Sequence record: MZ779063.1
Direction: 5' to 3' (one strand)
Length of the DNA: 64,000 nucleotides
From: Staphylococcus phage vB_SauM-UFV_DC4
In this document: positions 9,056 through 19,100 of the stretch, piece after piece
How the letters are laid out: each line of letters begins with the position of its first letter
Position numbering within the stretch: position 1 is the first letter of the stretch
Made by a program: the position numbers and the translations under genes
The notes under the pieces: generated by a model
What the model was told of the DNA's origin: nothing
The model's database searches: none
Seen by the model: the letters and a program-made list of their open reading frames with translations, nothing else

Positions 9056-12052
9056 TTAGTTTCTTCCATAAATATAAGAGTTTAGGAACCAAGCATTTCC
9101 TTTTTGACCTGGTTTAACACGAGCTCGTATAGCTACTGAAGCTATAGATTGTTGTGGTATTCCTAAATCAACAATAATCTCTTTAAATTTAGTTTTAGTA
9201 ACACTAGTAGAAGTGTCTTTAGGTATTGATACAGTTTTATCAAAAATTACACCATTCTGTTCGTTAAAAGAGTCTACTTTAATATCTATACCACATTGTG
9301 GAGTAGCATACCATATACCAATGTGTAACCATCTAGTTTCATGTTGACCGTATAATGTCATAGCACGTCTAAAGTAGCTACCTGTAGTCTTATCACTAAA
9401 CATAAATGCATTACCGACATTTTTAAATCTAGGAGTACCATTAGACATTAAATCTTGCACACCAGGTTCTGAACGTACATAAGCTGTAGTGAATCGTGGC
9501 ATACCATTGTATACTAAATAACCACCATCAGGGCGTTTGATAGTGATACCGCCTTTAACTTCTCCCATAGCATCTAACATAGTTTGAACAACTATATTTT
9601 TAGACATTAAATTAGTAATAGCAGCTTCTTTAATAGTAGCTCTACCATTAGAAATTATTACATCACCATCATTAATATCAACCATCTTAGATTTTAATTT
9701 AATACTATTAGGATCAATATCAAAAGAAGATAATTTATCATTAGATGAAGATGACATAGTAATACCATCAGCTAATAGAGATAATGCAGAACCCATTTTT
9801 TCTATTTTAGTTTTATCAGCATTGTAAGTTTCTTTAGTAACACTTAGAGCGATATTATTTTCTGTTTGACTAATTCTACTTTCCATATTAGTAATTCTAG
9901 CATTACTATCTTTAATAGACGGTTGCCAAGCAGTAGATTTATTACCTTCTTCAACTTTTAATCCTTCAATATCAACAGACATTGGGAAAGTTCCATTTTT
10001 ATTAATAATCATATTAATTAATGTGTCAGTTGTAAATGAATCATTAGGAATAAATACTACTTCTATTAATGTTAAAGCAGAAGTATCATCAAACGTAATA
10101 TTACGTGAATCTTGACCTTTAGCAACACCATTAACAAAAGTATTAGTTATAGTTGAATTAGGTATACTAATATCAACATTAGTTAATGTACCAGTTTTCT
10201 TTTCTAAGTTAAAGCTTAATATGTGTTCACGTCTATTTCTAACTTTATCTAATTTAAATTTAATACCTTGACCGTTAGCAGTTAAAGCTGTATTAAGTTC
10301 TCCGTATTCTAAATAATTAGTTTTAGTTAAAGTTACAGAACCAATTGGTGTAATATTAGCAATGCTAATTAAGTTCATACCGCCAACTGTAATTTTACCG
10401 GCTTCTGTAACAGCATAACCATTAGAAATACTGTCAATAGATTTTTGAATAGCATCTTTAATATTCGATTGAGCTTCATTATATCTCAAGTAGTTAGTAT
10501 TAAATTGAGCTATTTCTTCTTGAGTGGCTACACCGTCAATAATAGTATTAGTGATATCTTGTATTAGTATATTATATTTCTCATTAAATAAATCATATTT
10601 ATTTTTTAAATCTGTTTTTACTGAATTAGCCATCATTTTATTAGGATAAAGTGTATTAAAGATTTTATCTATTTCAGCTTTATCTTTATCAATAACATTT
10701 TTCTGTTTATCAATAGCAATTCTTTCAGCATTAGATATAATACCATCTTTGAAAGCTTCAGTAACTGTATCACCTAAACCTACAGCATTCTTTTCGATAT
10801 TAGTTATTTTACCATTAATAGTTTTATTATAGTTTTCTAACATATTATCATAATCTTCAGGTGCAGCTGTCCAGTCAGAAGACACACTACCTCGTTCAAC
10901 TTTAACTCTAGCAATATCAAATGTACCACTTAATCCATTAAGGTCAGTATCTACTCCAAGAAGCAATTTAGTATTATTTCTTCCAGTTAGTGTTTGTTTA
11001 TATACAAATGAATATCTATGCCATTCTTCATCAATATCTAAATACTTTTCAGCGATTGGTGTAGAATAATTACCAGAAGGATCAATGAAGTAACAATAAT
11101 CAAGTCTATTAAATGTATCTGATCTAAAATCAAATGAAATAGTATAAGTCTCATTATATTCTAGTTTAAAACCATTATAACTTTGAGCTCCTACTTGTCC
11201 TTCAATACCTTCAGTATTAATTGTAAAATAACTTTTACCGTTACTGTCTTGTCCAAAAGTTAAAGCATTTGGGTTTGATGAATTTAAAGCATCCGGTTTT
11301 AACAACCAATTACCTGAAACAGCTAAAGAATTTTCTAATAAGTTTTTACCACCAATAACAATACCGTCAATTTCAGATTTAGAAACTGTTTGTTCTATTA
11401 AGTCTGCAAATTGAGATATCTGACTTTCAAATTCAGTTACTTTATTATTAACCGTATCTATATCAGCTCTAGTAACTGTATCTTGTAGAACTCTAGCTGT
11501 TTGTTCTCTAAATGATTCTAATTTAGTAATACTATCATTAATTTCATTAAGAGTGTAATCAGTAGCTATACTCTTAATGGACTCTGCAGTTTGTTCTACT
11601 TTAGTACTTAAATATTGTATAGATGATTCATATTTATTAACTTTAGACATTGCTATTGATAGGGACTCTTCATTAGATGAAACTCTTCCATTTAAAGAAT
11701 CTAGATTACCTTTAATATCAGAATCCCATCCACCTTCAGCAACGCTATCAATATAGTCAATACTTAGTTTTTGGTATTTTCTTAATTCAGTTTTTAATGT
11801 ATCAAGTGTAACATAGTTAGATAAATCTAAATCAATATCGTGACTACCATCTAAATTTCTTAATTTTTCTATTAAATTATCATTTTCTTTATCTAAAGAA
11901 TCAATACTTGTATTTAAGACATTAATTCTATTTTTATTATCTTCTGACAGATTTTTAATGCTATCTTGTTCTTGTAATAAAGAATTGAATTTCGATTTAA
12001 TAGAATTTATTTCTTCATTTATTTGAAGAAGATTTTTTTCTTTATCTTCCAT
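9056..12052 (-). CDS. Tail fibre or receptor-binding protein (998 aa). It has an N-terminal coiled coil, then one lectin-like module ending in SDWTAAPEDY, then C-terminal beta-rich domains.
   Basis: Heptad-rich N-terminus. The G-K-N-L-L-E-N-S ... W-T-A-A-P-E-D module is homologous to the four modules of the 2662-aa protein. Confidence 0.6.
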   Translation of the reverse strand: MEDKEKNLLQINEEINSIKSKFNSLLQEQDSIKNLSEDNKNRINVLNTSIDSLDKENDNLIEKLRNLDGSHDIDLDLSNYVTLDTLKTELRKYQKLSIDYIDSVAEGGWDSDIKGNLDSLNGRVSSNEESLSIAMSKVNKYESSIQYLSTKVEQTAESIKSIATDYTLNEINDSITKLESFREQTARVLQDTVTRADIDTVNNKVTEFESQISQFADLIEQTVSKSEIDGIVIGGKNLLENSLAVSGNWLLKPDALNSSNPNALTFGQDSNGKSYFTINTEGIEGQVGAQSYNGFKLEYNETYTISFDFRSDTFNRLDYCYFIDPSGNYSTPIAEKYLDIDEEWHRYSFVYKQTLTGRNNTKLLLGVDTDLNGLSGTFDIARVKVERGSVSSDWTAAPEDYDNMLENYNKTINGKITNIEKNAVGLGDTVTEAFKDGIISNAERIAIDKQKNVIDKDKAEIDKIFNTLYPNKMMANSVKTDLKNKYDLFNEKYNILIQDITNTIIDGVATQEEIAQFNTNYLRYNEAQSNIKDAIQKSIDSISNGYAVTEAGKITVGGMNLISIANITPIGSVTLTKTNYLEYGELNTALTANGQGIKFKLDKVRNRREHILSFNLEKKTGTLTNVDISIPNSTITNTFVNGVAKGQDSRNITFDDTSALTLIEVVFIPNDSFTTDTLINMIINKNGTFPMSVDIEGLKVEEGNKSTAWQPSIKDSNARITNMESRISQTENNIALSVTKETYNADKTKIEKMGSALSLLADGITMSSSSNDKLSSFDIDPNSIKLKSKMVDINDGDVIISNGRATIKEAAITNLMSKNIVVQTMLDAMGEVKGGITIKRPDGGYLVYNGMPRFTTAYVRSEPGVQDLMSNGTPRFKNVGNAFMFSDKTTGSYFRRAMTLYGQHETRWLHIGIWYATPQCGIDIKVDSFNEQNGVIFDKTVSIPKDTSTSVTKTKFKEIIVDLGIPQQSIASVAIRARVKPGQKGNAWFLNSYIYGRN

Positions 12053-12114
12053 TATTAAATTTCACCAAACTTTCATTTTTATTTAAATAATAAGTTGATG
12101 TTTTATGATTTTAA

Positions 12115-12621
12115 TTAAACGAATAATGAAAGATTGATTGCATTTGTATAAGGATCTGATAATTTATATACATAAATATTAGTAATCATTAAATCTTTCA
12201 TTTCAATTTCATTATTTTTCATCAATTCATCTAACTCTGTATCTTCTTTAATAGAATCAAAAATAGCTGGACCGATATACTTTAATACTTCTTTGTCTAA
12301 TTTGTCAGCTACATCTTCTTCATATTCTCTTAAGTAAGCTTCATACTCATCATTATTTCCCTGAAAACTTTGTTTATTTTTAGCATGCAAATCTTCATCA
12401 TCTAATTTAATAACAAATGTTGGTTTTTTAACATCAATATGTTTTTCTGCCGCTTCAGATCTAAATTTAAAGTTTTCAGATTTATTAATAGTATCACGAA
12501 TAATATCAACTGTATTCTCTAAATCGATATAGTTCATAATGTTATTTCTAATTCTCATTATTAACTGCAAATCTCTAATATCTTTTTCTTCATTAACTAA
12601 TACATCTTTATTATTTCTCAT
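12115..12621 (-). CDS. Hypothetical acidic protein.
   Basis: ORF only. Confidence 0.4.
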   Translation of the reverse strand: MRNNKDVLVNEEKDIRDLQLIMRIRNNIMNYIDLENTVDIIRDTINKSENFKFRSEAAEKHIDVKKPTFVIKLDDEDLHAKNKQSFQGNNDEYEAYLREYEEDVADKLDKEVLKYIGPAIFDSIKEDTELDELMKNNEIEMKDLMITNIYVYKLSDPYTNAINLSLFV

Positions 12622-12623
12622 TT

Positions 12624-13274
12624 TTATTTATTCTCCATTCTTTTCTCTTTTATTTTTTCTATTAATGTTTTATACTTGTCTAATAATACTTTATCCATTC
12701 TACCTTTAGATTCTTCTAGATCATCTTTTACATATTTAATATGTATGAATGTTTTATCTTTAAAATCACTAGAATACTTCTTAAGAGAAGTTACTTTAAA
12801 TATCTGAGCATCATCTTTCCAAAACATTTCATTCATAACATCAAATGTAGTTTTTTGGAAATTATCAACATCAGGAGTATTTGTTCTCTTAATTAAACCT
12901 AAAAGTTTAAATAATATAAGTTTTATTGAATCAGTATTATTACAAGGATTTCTTTCTGTAATTAATTCAAATTCAATAGGTTTTTCAAAATTATTTTTAA
13001 TGATATCTTTTATAAAATCTTCTTTTAATTCTTCTTTCATTCTTTTCTTTAGTTCTTTTTTATATGTGTGTAAAGGATCATAAGTTCTCATTCCGCTTTT
13101 TCTATGTCTAAGATATTGATAAACTTCATGATCATCTATAGAAATAATAATTTCATTATCATTTACACTTTTATATTCAATATTACAATTTTTAACTTCT
13201 TCAATTTTATCTAATATCTTTTTAGGTACTTCTTTTTTCTTTTTAGGCATTTTTTCATTCAATTCCTTTAGCAA
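12624..13274 (-). CDS. rusA: RusA-like Holliday-junction resolvase (C-terminal domain) with an N-terminal extension.
   Basis: The C-terminal TNTPDVDNFQKTTFDVMNEMFWKDDAQIFKV matches the RusA signature D-x-D-N-x-x-K-x-x-x-D-x-(L/M) ... DD-x-x-I. Confidence 0.5.
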   Translation of the reverse strand: MLKELNEKMPKKKKEVPKKILDKIEEVKNCNIEYKSVNDNEIIISIDDHEVYQYLRHRKSGMRTYDPLHTYKKELKKRMKEELKEDFIKDIIKNNFEKPIEFELITERNPCNNTDSIKLILFKLLGLIKRTNTPDVDNFQKTTFDVMNEMFWKDDAQIFKVTSLKKYSSDFKDKTFIHIKYVKDDLEESKGRMDKVLLDKYKTLIEKIKEKRMENK

Positions 13275-13330
13275 AGTGTATATTTATAATAATAACGTTA
13301 TATGTATATTAAAATTTTTTATAAAATAAA

Positions 13331-13360
13331 CGGTAACATTCAATTTAATGAATGTTACCG
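13331..13360 (-). terminator. Terminator hairpin (cggtaacattc / gaatgttaccg) for the minus-strand unit.
   Basis: 11-bp inverted repeat; a T-run lies on the minus strand downstream. Confidence 0.55.
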
Positions 13361-13369
13361 TAGAATATA

Positions 13370-13909
13370 TTAATTTGATTGATCTTCAGCAGATCCTCCA
13401 CCTAAGATTTCAGGATTGTAATTAGCATCAGCTCTAACATCTGATTCTATTAATTCTTCATCATCTTCAGTAGAAACTTGTTGTTCTAAACCTTCACTCT
13501 CAGGGATTTCTGGATCCTTTGACAAGTTTGTAGTTTCTTGGTTGCTCTCTTGCTCCAAAAAAGGTTTCACTGGAGGAAGAACCGTACCGTCATAGTCCAT
13601 TGCTTGAAGAGATTTTTCATTATTTGTAGTAGGTCTACTTTTAGCTAAGTTACGTTCAGAGTCAGCTATTCCTTCAGTAGTACTATCTACAAAACGACCA
13701 ACTAAACTAGATATAACCCCTGCTAAAACTTGAACAATACTTAAAACATTAGTTTCAGTGTCACCAGAAACTTCTCCGCCAAAAGCACGAATTAAGAAAA
13801 TAACTACGTTGACTAATTGAACTAATAGGGCTGCTGTCCATGCTTTATTTTTAAATCTAACTAATACGTTAATCTGTTTATCTTTACCAATTTTTAAATT
13901 TTTTCCCAA
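13370..13909 (-). CDS. Membrane protein: basic N-terminus, a TM helix, and an acidic disordered C-terminus.
   Basis: Hydrophobic segments AWTAALLVQLVNVVIFLIRAF and VLSIVQVLAGVISSLVG. Confidence 0.45.
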   Translation of the reverse strand: MGKNLKIGKDKQINVLVRFKNKAWTAALLVQLVNVVIFLIRAFGGEVSGDTETNVLSIVQVLAGVISSLVGRFVDSTTEGIADSERNLAKSRPTTNNEKSLQAMDYDGTVLPPVKPFLEQESNQETTNLSKDPEIPESEGLEQQVSTEDDEELIESDVRADANYNPEILGGGSAEDQSN

Positions 13910-13949
13910 TTTAATATTTCTCCTTTTTTATTAAAATAAATATTTAAAA

Positions 13950-14507
13950 CTATCCTCCAAATATTCTTCTAAGTATATCTAAGATTACTGAAGGAGCTAA
14001 TATCAAAGACACTATATTGACAAATAAATTTCTTTTAAAAGTTTTATTTTCTTTTTCATCATTAGAACCGTCTTCAATCTTCTTAAACTCAATTTCAAAG
14101 TCTTCTATATTAAGTTTACTATCTAAACCCAATCTTAAATCTTGTATATCACTAGTTATTTTTCTTTCAACTTGTTCAACATTTTGATTTAATTCTTGTT
14201 TAACAGATTGTATTTGTGATTCTAATTCATAATGTCTTCTTTTTCTTTCTTCTTCTTCAATTTTTCTATTTTCTCTATCTTCTTTCATTTCTTTTCTAAT
14301 TTCTTCAGTATTTTTACCCATGCTTTCAAGTAATACTTCTACACGTACTAAAGTGTTACTTGTTTTTTGACTCTCGGATTTAACTTCATCTATTTTCTTA
14401 TCAAACTTCTCTTCAATTTCTTCTTTAAGTGAATTATTTGACTTTAGTAATTCTAATTCAGTTATAGATTTACTATTTTCATACAATCTTCTTTTATCTT
14501 CTTCCAT
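13950..14507 (-). CDS. Coiled-coil protein with a C-terminal TM anchor (tail-anchored).
   Basis: Charged heptad-rich body with C-terminal LFVNIVSLILAPSVILDIL. It overlaps the upstream gene by 14 nt. Confidence 0.45.
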   Translation of the reverse strand: MEEDKRRLYENSKSITELELLKSNNSLKEEIEEKFDKKIDEVKSESQKTSNTLVRVEVLLESMGKNTEEIRKEMKEDRENRKIEEEERKRRHYELESQIQSVKQELNQNVEQVERKITSDIQDLRLGLDSKLNIEDFEIEFKKIEDGSNDEKENKTFKRNLFVNIVSLILAPSVILDILRRIFGG

Positions 14508-14988
14508 TTATAATAGATTCCATTCTCATTTCAAGAATTGTAAATACTGCAAAGAAGAGATTTAGGAAAGAGATGATGATTTTTAATATTATAGTAGATT
14601 GCATACCAGCACTATCTAAAGATAGAATAGCGTATATTAAAAATAGAGCGAAGTTAATAAATGCACCTATAGTCATTAAAGGTTTTGTCATGAAATTATC
14701 CAAGAATAGGGAAGCGGCTAAAGCCAATCCTCCAATAATTAAAAATACTCCATATGTTTTTAAATCCATAAAATGAGAAATAGCCACATAAATATCTGAT
14801 GTTCTATAAGCTTCTCTTGTTCTAAAAACAAATTGAAAACCATAAATTAAAGAATAAACAGCTAAGAAAATAGGAGTTATATAATATTTAAATTGCTTAA
14901 GAAAATAATATAATTTGATGACTAAACTATTTGCTTCTTCAACACTTAGATTATCTTCTCTATCATTATTTTTATTATCGTCCGTCAT
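14494..14988 (-). CDS. Four-TM integral membrane protein (holin-like or superinfection-exclusion-like).
   Basis: Four hydrophobic helices: ITPIFLAVYSLIYGFQFVF, GVFLIIGGLALAASLFL, LMTIGAFINFALFLIYAILSL and IILKIIISFLNLFFAVFTIL. Confidence 0.5.
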   Translation of the reverse strand: MTDDNKNNDREDNLSVEEANSLVIKLYYFLKQFKYYITPIFLAVYSLIYGFQFVFRTREAYRTSDIYVAISHFMDLKTYGVFLIIGGLALAASLFLDNFMTKPLMTIGAFINFALFLIYAILSLDSAGMQSTIILKIIISFLNLFFAVFTILEMRMESIINGRR

Positions 14989-15089
14989 AGTTATTTTTCA
15001 CATCCTATTCTTTTATTATAAATCTTTATTATAAACCTTTGTTCCTTTAATAGTCTTGATGAGTCCTATAAATTTTCGAGCAAAATAAA

Positions 15090-15121
15090 GTCCCTAACAC
15101 TCAAATAAGAATGTTAGGGAC
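15090..15121 (-). terminator. Terminator hairpin (gtccctaaca / tgttagggac).
   Basis: 10-bp inverted repeat; a T-run lies on the minus strand downstream. Confidence 0.55.
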
Positions 15122-15261
15122 TGTTTGAAGACTTTGCCAAAATTAAAAGAAAAAAGAATAAAGATAGACAAGAACAAAGAAATTGTATGAAAGATATTTA
15201 TGTAAATAACTTTCATATAAATATGTTCTATTTTTCTTTATTCAATTGATGCTGATAAGAA

Positions 15262-15678
15262 TTACTGGTTAGGTAAAGATCCACCTTGAGCTGTTGAAGG
15301 GTTTTCAGGATCTTCTTCTTGAGGTTCTACTTCTGTAGCTCGACCAACACCTTGAACTTCAGAATCTTCAACTGAATCCTCAACCATATGTTCTTCATCA
15401 ATAGGATCGATTTCTTCAACTAATTCTTCACTACTATTGTGGGTTCCGCTTGTATACCATGTTTGAGATCCTCTAAAATCATTAGCTGGATCATATGATG
15501 GATCCGTCACCCAATCACCATTATTAGAATTTTCTTCATTGAAAGCAATTTCATTTAAAATTTCTTCAACTAATGCTTTTAACCCATTGCCTTCAGAAAC
15601 TTCTTCTAATTCCAATACTCCTTTAGCAACTAAGGTTGCATGAAAAGTTACAATAAAAGATTTTTTACTAAATTCCAT
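15262..15678 (-). CDS. Acidic hypothetical protein (possible fibre assembly or accessory protein).
   Basis: ORF only. Confidence 0.4.
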   Translation of the reverse strand: MEFSKKSFIVTFHATLVAKGVLELEEVSEGNGLKALVEEILNEIAFNEENSNNGDWVTDPSYDPANDFRGSQTWYTSGTHNSSEELVEEIDPIDEEHMVEDSVEDSEVQGVGRATEVEPQEEDPENPSTAQGGSLPNQ

Positions 15679-15693
15679 AATATAAAATTCCTC

Positions 15694-16062
15694 CTATTTT
15701 CTATTAGCCATTAAAGCAGCTAATCTCTCTTGAAGCTCACGAATTTCTTTTTCTTCAGGAGTTTCTTCTGGTTCTTCTTTCTTATTAAAAGTTTCACCTG
15801 GTTTTTCAGCTAATCTAGGAGTAGCATTTTCATATTCTATTTTTAATTTTTCCATCTGTTCACGAATATTATGGTCTACAATAAATATTACAGATTCTTT
15901 AGTTGAATCATTCATATTTCCTATAGAATAACCATAGAAATATCCTTCTTCATCTATATCTTGCATATTTATGATTAGCCAGAATCGACCATCAATTCTT
16001 TTTCCTCTTTCATCATACATATTTTTATGTGTTTCTACAAATGCCAATAAGAAAACCTCCAC
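15694..16062 (-). CDS. Hypothetical protein downstream of the giant fibre.
   Basis: ORF tightly spaced to its neighbours. Confidence 0.4.
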   Translation of the reverse strand: MEVFLLAFVETHKNMYDERGKRIDGRFWLIINMQDIDEEGYFYGYSIGNMNDSTKESVIFIVDHNIREQMEKLKIEYENATPRLAEKPGETFNKKEEPEETPEEKEIRELQERLAALMANRK

Positions 16063-16108
16063 TATATTATTTTAATTTATAAATAATAGTTTAAAATAAT
16101 ATAGTTAG

Positions 16109-19100
16109 TTATCTCACATCACTTTCAAAATTACTTAATGACATACGCACTATAGATATTTGACCTAATTGTGCACTTCCTGTAGAACCTGTTATAGAAA
16201 GCTGTATCAGTAAATATTTATTAAAATTATCAGGAACTCCTAAATCTATAGTTGCTATTCTTGTTGAAGTATCAACTTTAGAACTTCCTGTTACCCCTAT
16301 TTCTTTATGCATTTTTATATCACTATTTGTTTTCCAACCCATACCATCACTAAATGTAATATAAAGATTATTGCCTTCAGTTACTGTTGCCCTGTAAACA
16401 AATTTTAGATATCTTCTATTATGATGATAACTAAATACATTTAGTGTCGCTTTGTCTTTACCTGATGATTCATCTAATTGTGCATTATCGTAACCATATT
16501 TATAAATATCTCTATAAATATTATATGTTCCAGCTCTAGTATCGTCTAATACTATAGGTCTAAAGTTTTTTTCATTGGTAGCATGAGCAGATCCACTAAC
16601 CCAGTTCCAAGTTCTAACTCCAGGCATAGTAGGCATAAAGTTAGTTTCAGATAAGAACATACCTTCAACCATTTGGTCAACACCGTTTTTTCTTATATTT
16701 AATCCAGTTGAATTTATTTCCACAAAATTATCAGTATCTAGAGCACTTTTTGATATTCTCAATACATCATTTGTAAATGAAAGATTGCCTTTATTATTAT
16801 ATATTTTAACTTTATCCGTATTTAGATCTATACTACTAGATATCATTTTAATTGATTCCGAGTTCATAGTTATCTTACTTGATAAAGAACTAGTGCTATA
16901 TTTATCTAATGCCGAAGGTGTCCATGGTTTTAATTGATTACCTTTTTCTAATTTTGGAAGAGCGTAATAAAATACAGTTCCATCATTATAAGCATCAGTT
17001 TTATCATAGTTGTTATAACGTAATAGAAATCTTAGATAATTGGTTCTTCCATTACTAGAGTTTCTAGGTATTTTAGCTGTAAAACTATATCTAACCCATT
17101 TATCAAATATAAATTCACTAGCAGGTATCTCAACTACACCAAATTTAGGATTGGTAGTTTGTTGTATATTCTCATAAGTTGCCACCTCAAAATATATCTT
17201 ATAAGTAAGGAATTTTCTAGCTGTTGCAGGAATGTATATATAAACAGAGCCTGTTACTTCATCTCCAATACTAAATTGACCTTCTTGACCTACAGGTAAA
17301 TAGCTTGACATTACTGCAGGCCATGTTGTTCCAAAGTTATTATGTTTATATTTGAAGACATCTTTTACTTTATTAATATCAAAACTAGTATCGTCATTAG
17401 AATCTTTCGACTCAATTACAGTTATATTTTCAAAAGAGGCAGTTATATCAGCATTATCTGTAGTTCCTGCTTTTGCAGCATAAAATAACAACTGATTAAT
17501 TTTATCCTCATTAGGAGTAGTAATTTCTATTACGTTTCTTTTAGTTGTGCTAACAGGATAATCTATTCTATTAACTGAACTAATTTCAGGTAATGTATCC
17601 AAATCAGTTGAATACCCTGAACCTTTATAAGGATATCTATATGGGTACAATGAAATTAAACCTTCACTATTTTTCCCAGATTGTATATTATAATCAAATG
17701 CTACTTTATATTTAGTATTCTTTTTTAGATATCCATTTAATGGAAGAGTCATTCTTTTATAAGTTCCTCTGGATACATTGTTTACACGATAAACTGAACC
17801 TAAAGCTAGATTGTTATCGGTATTAAAAGTCATATCATCTTCAGAAGCTATTGAAAATCTAGGATTTTTAGGATAATTTCCTTCATCCAGTCTTATATTT
17901 TTAAAGTAAAACTTACCATCTGAATATGGTGAAACGGAGGCTATTATTAATCTTAATTGAGTCATTCCGCTTAAATCTGAGCTAGTTAGATTGAACGTAG
18001 TTTGGAAAGTACTCCAATCATCATTGATATCATTTTCAGCAGATATTGTATAACTTAAAGGATTGATTGAACTTGATGATTTGTTCACACGTAAACTTAC
18101 AGTAATAGACCCTTTAGTAGTTTCTAAAGATTTTCTAACATCAAAACTAAAAGTATAAGTACCTGGCTTAATTTTAGATAATTTTAAACTTCCATCTGCA
18201 TCTTTATAATCAATATTAGATGTTTGCCATTGTTTCCATCCTTCATTAGAATTTGAAATTATAGAAAGATAATCTCTATAATTTGTAGTTGTATCTGTTG
18301 GATTTGATTCAGTTGATCCACTAAATGTGTATGTCCAGTAAGGTGAGTCAATCTTATCCGCAAAGTTTAAATTGTTTGATGTATCATCATCATTAGTTTT
18401 CCAACCTTCCCATCCATTTCTAAGATCAGAGTTAATAAGTGCGTTATCTGCATTAAGATAATTATTTATTTTATTAACAGATAACTCAATAGAATCTGCC
18501 TTTTGATCTATTTTAGAAGAAACAGTCGATATTGAAGTCTCAATATCTTCGGGAGCTGGTGTCCAATCAGTAGATTTATTACCTTTTTCAAGTTTAATCC
18601 ATTCTATAGTTGATAGATAATTTCCATCTTTAGGCATATCGTATATTGTTAATAACTTACTTAAATTTCTTGAAGATTGTTTGGCAACCCCAGTACCTAT
18701 CCATAAACCCTTTTTAGAATCATATGTTAAATTACATAAGTTTGTATAACCGTCATCAATATAAGCACTAAAATAGTGGTCTTTATTATTTGTATTACCT
18801 TTTATTGTAACTGTATAAGTCTCATCCACTATCCAATCTAATGACAAATTATATGGTTTCCCATATAATGTATGATTTACATATTTATTATTTTTACTAT
18901 CTAAAACTAAATTTCTTCCACCAATTCGAATATCATTAATTTGAGAGTTTACATCTTCGGGAGCTGGAGACCAGTCAGTTGCTTTATTACCCTTTTCAAT
19001 TTTAATATTTTCAATAGAGAATTTATCTCCATTGTTATTGTTATAAGCATATATAGCCCATCTAGTGTTAGTTCCAGAAGTCTTAGTTATTTTAGAAGTG

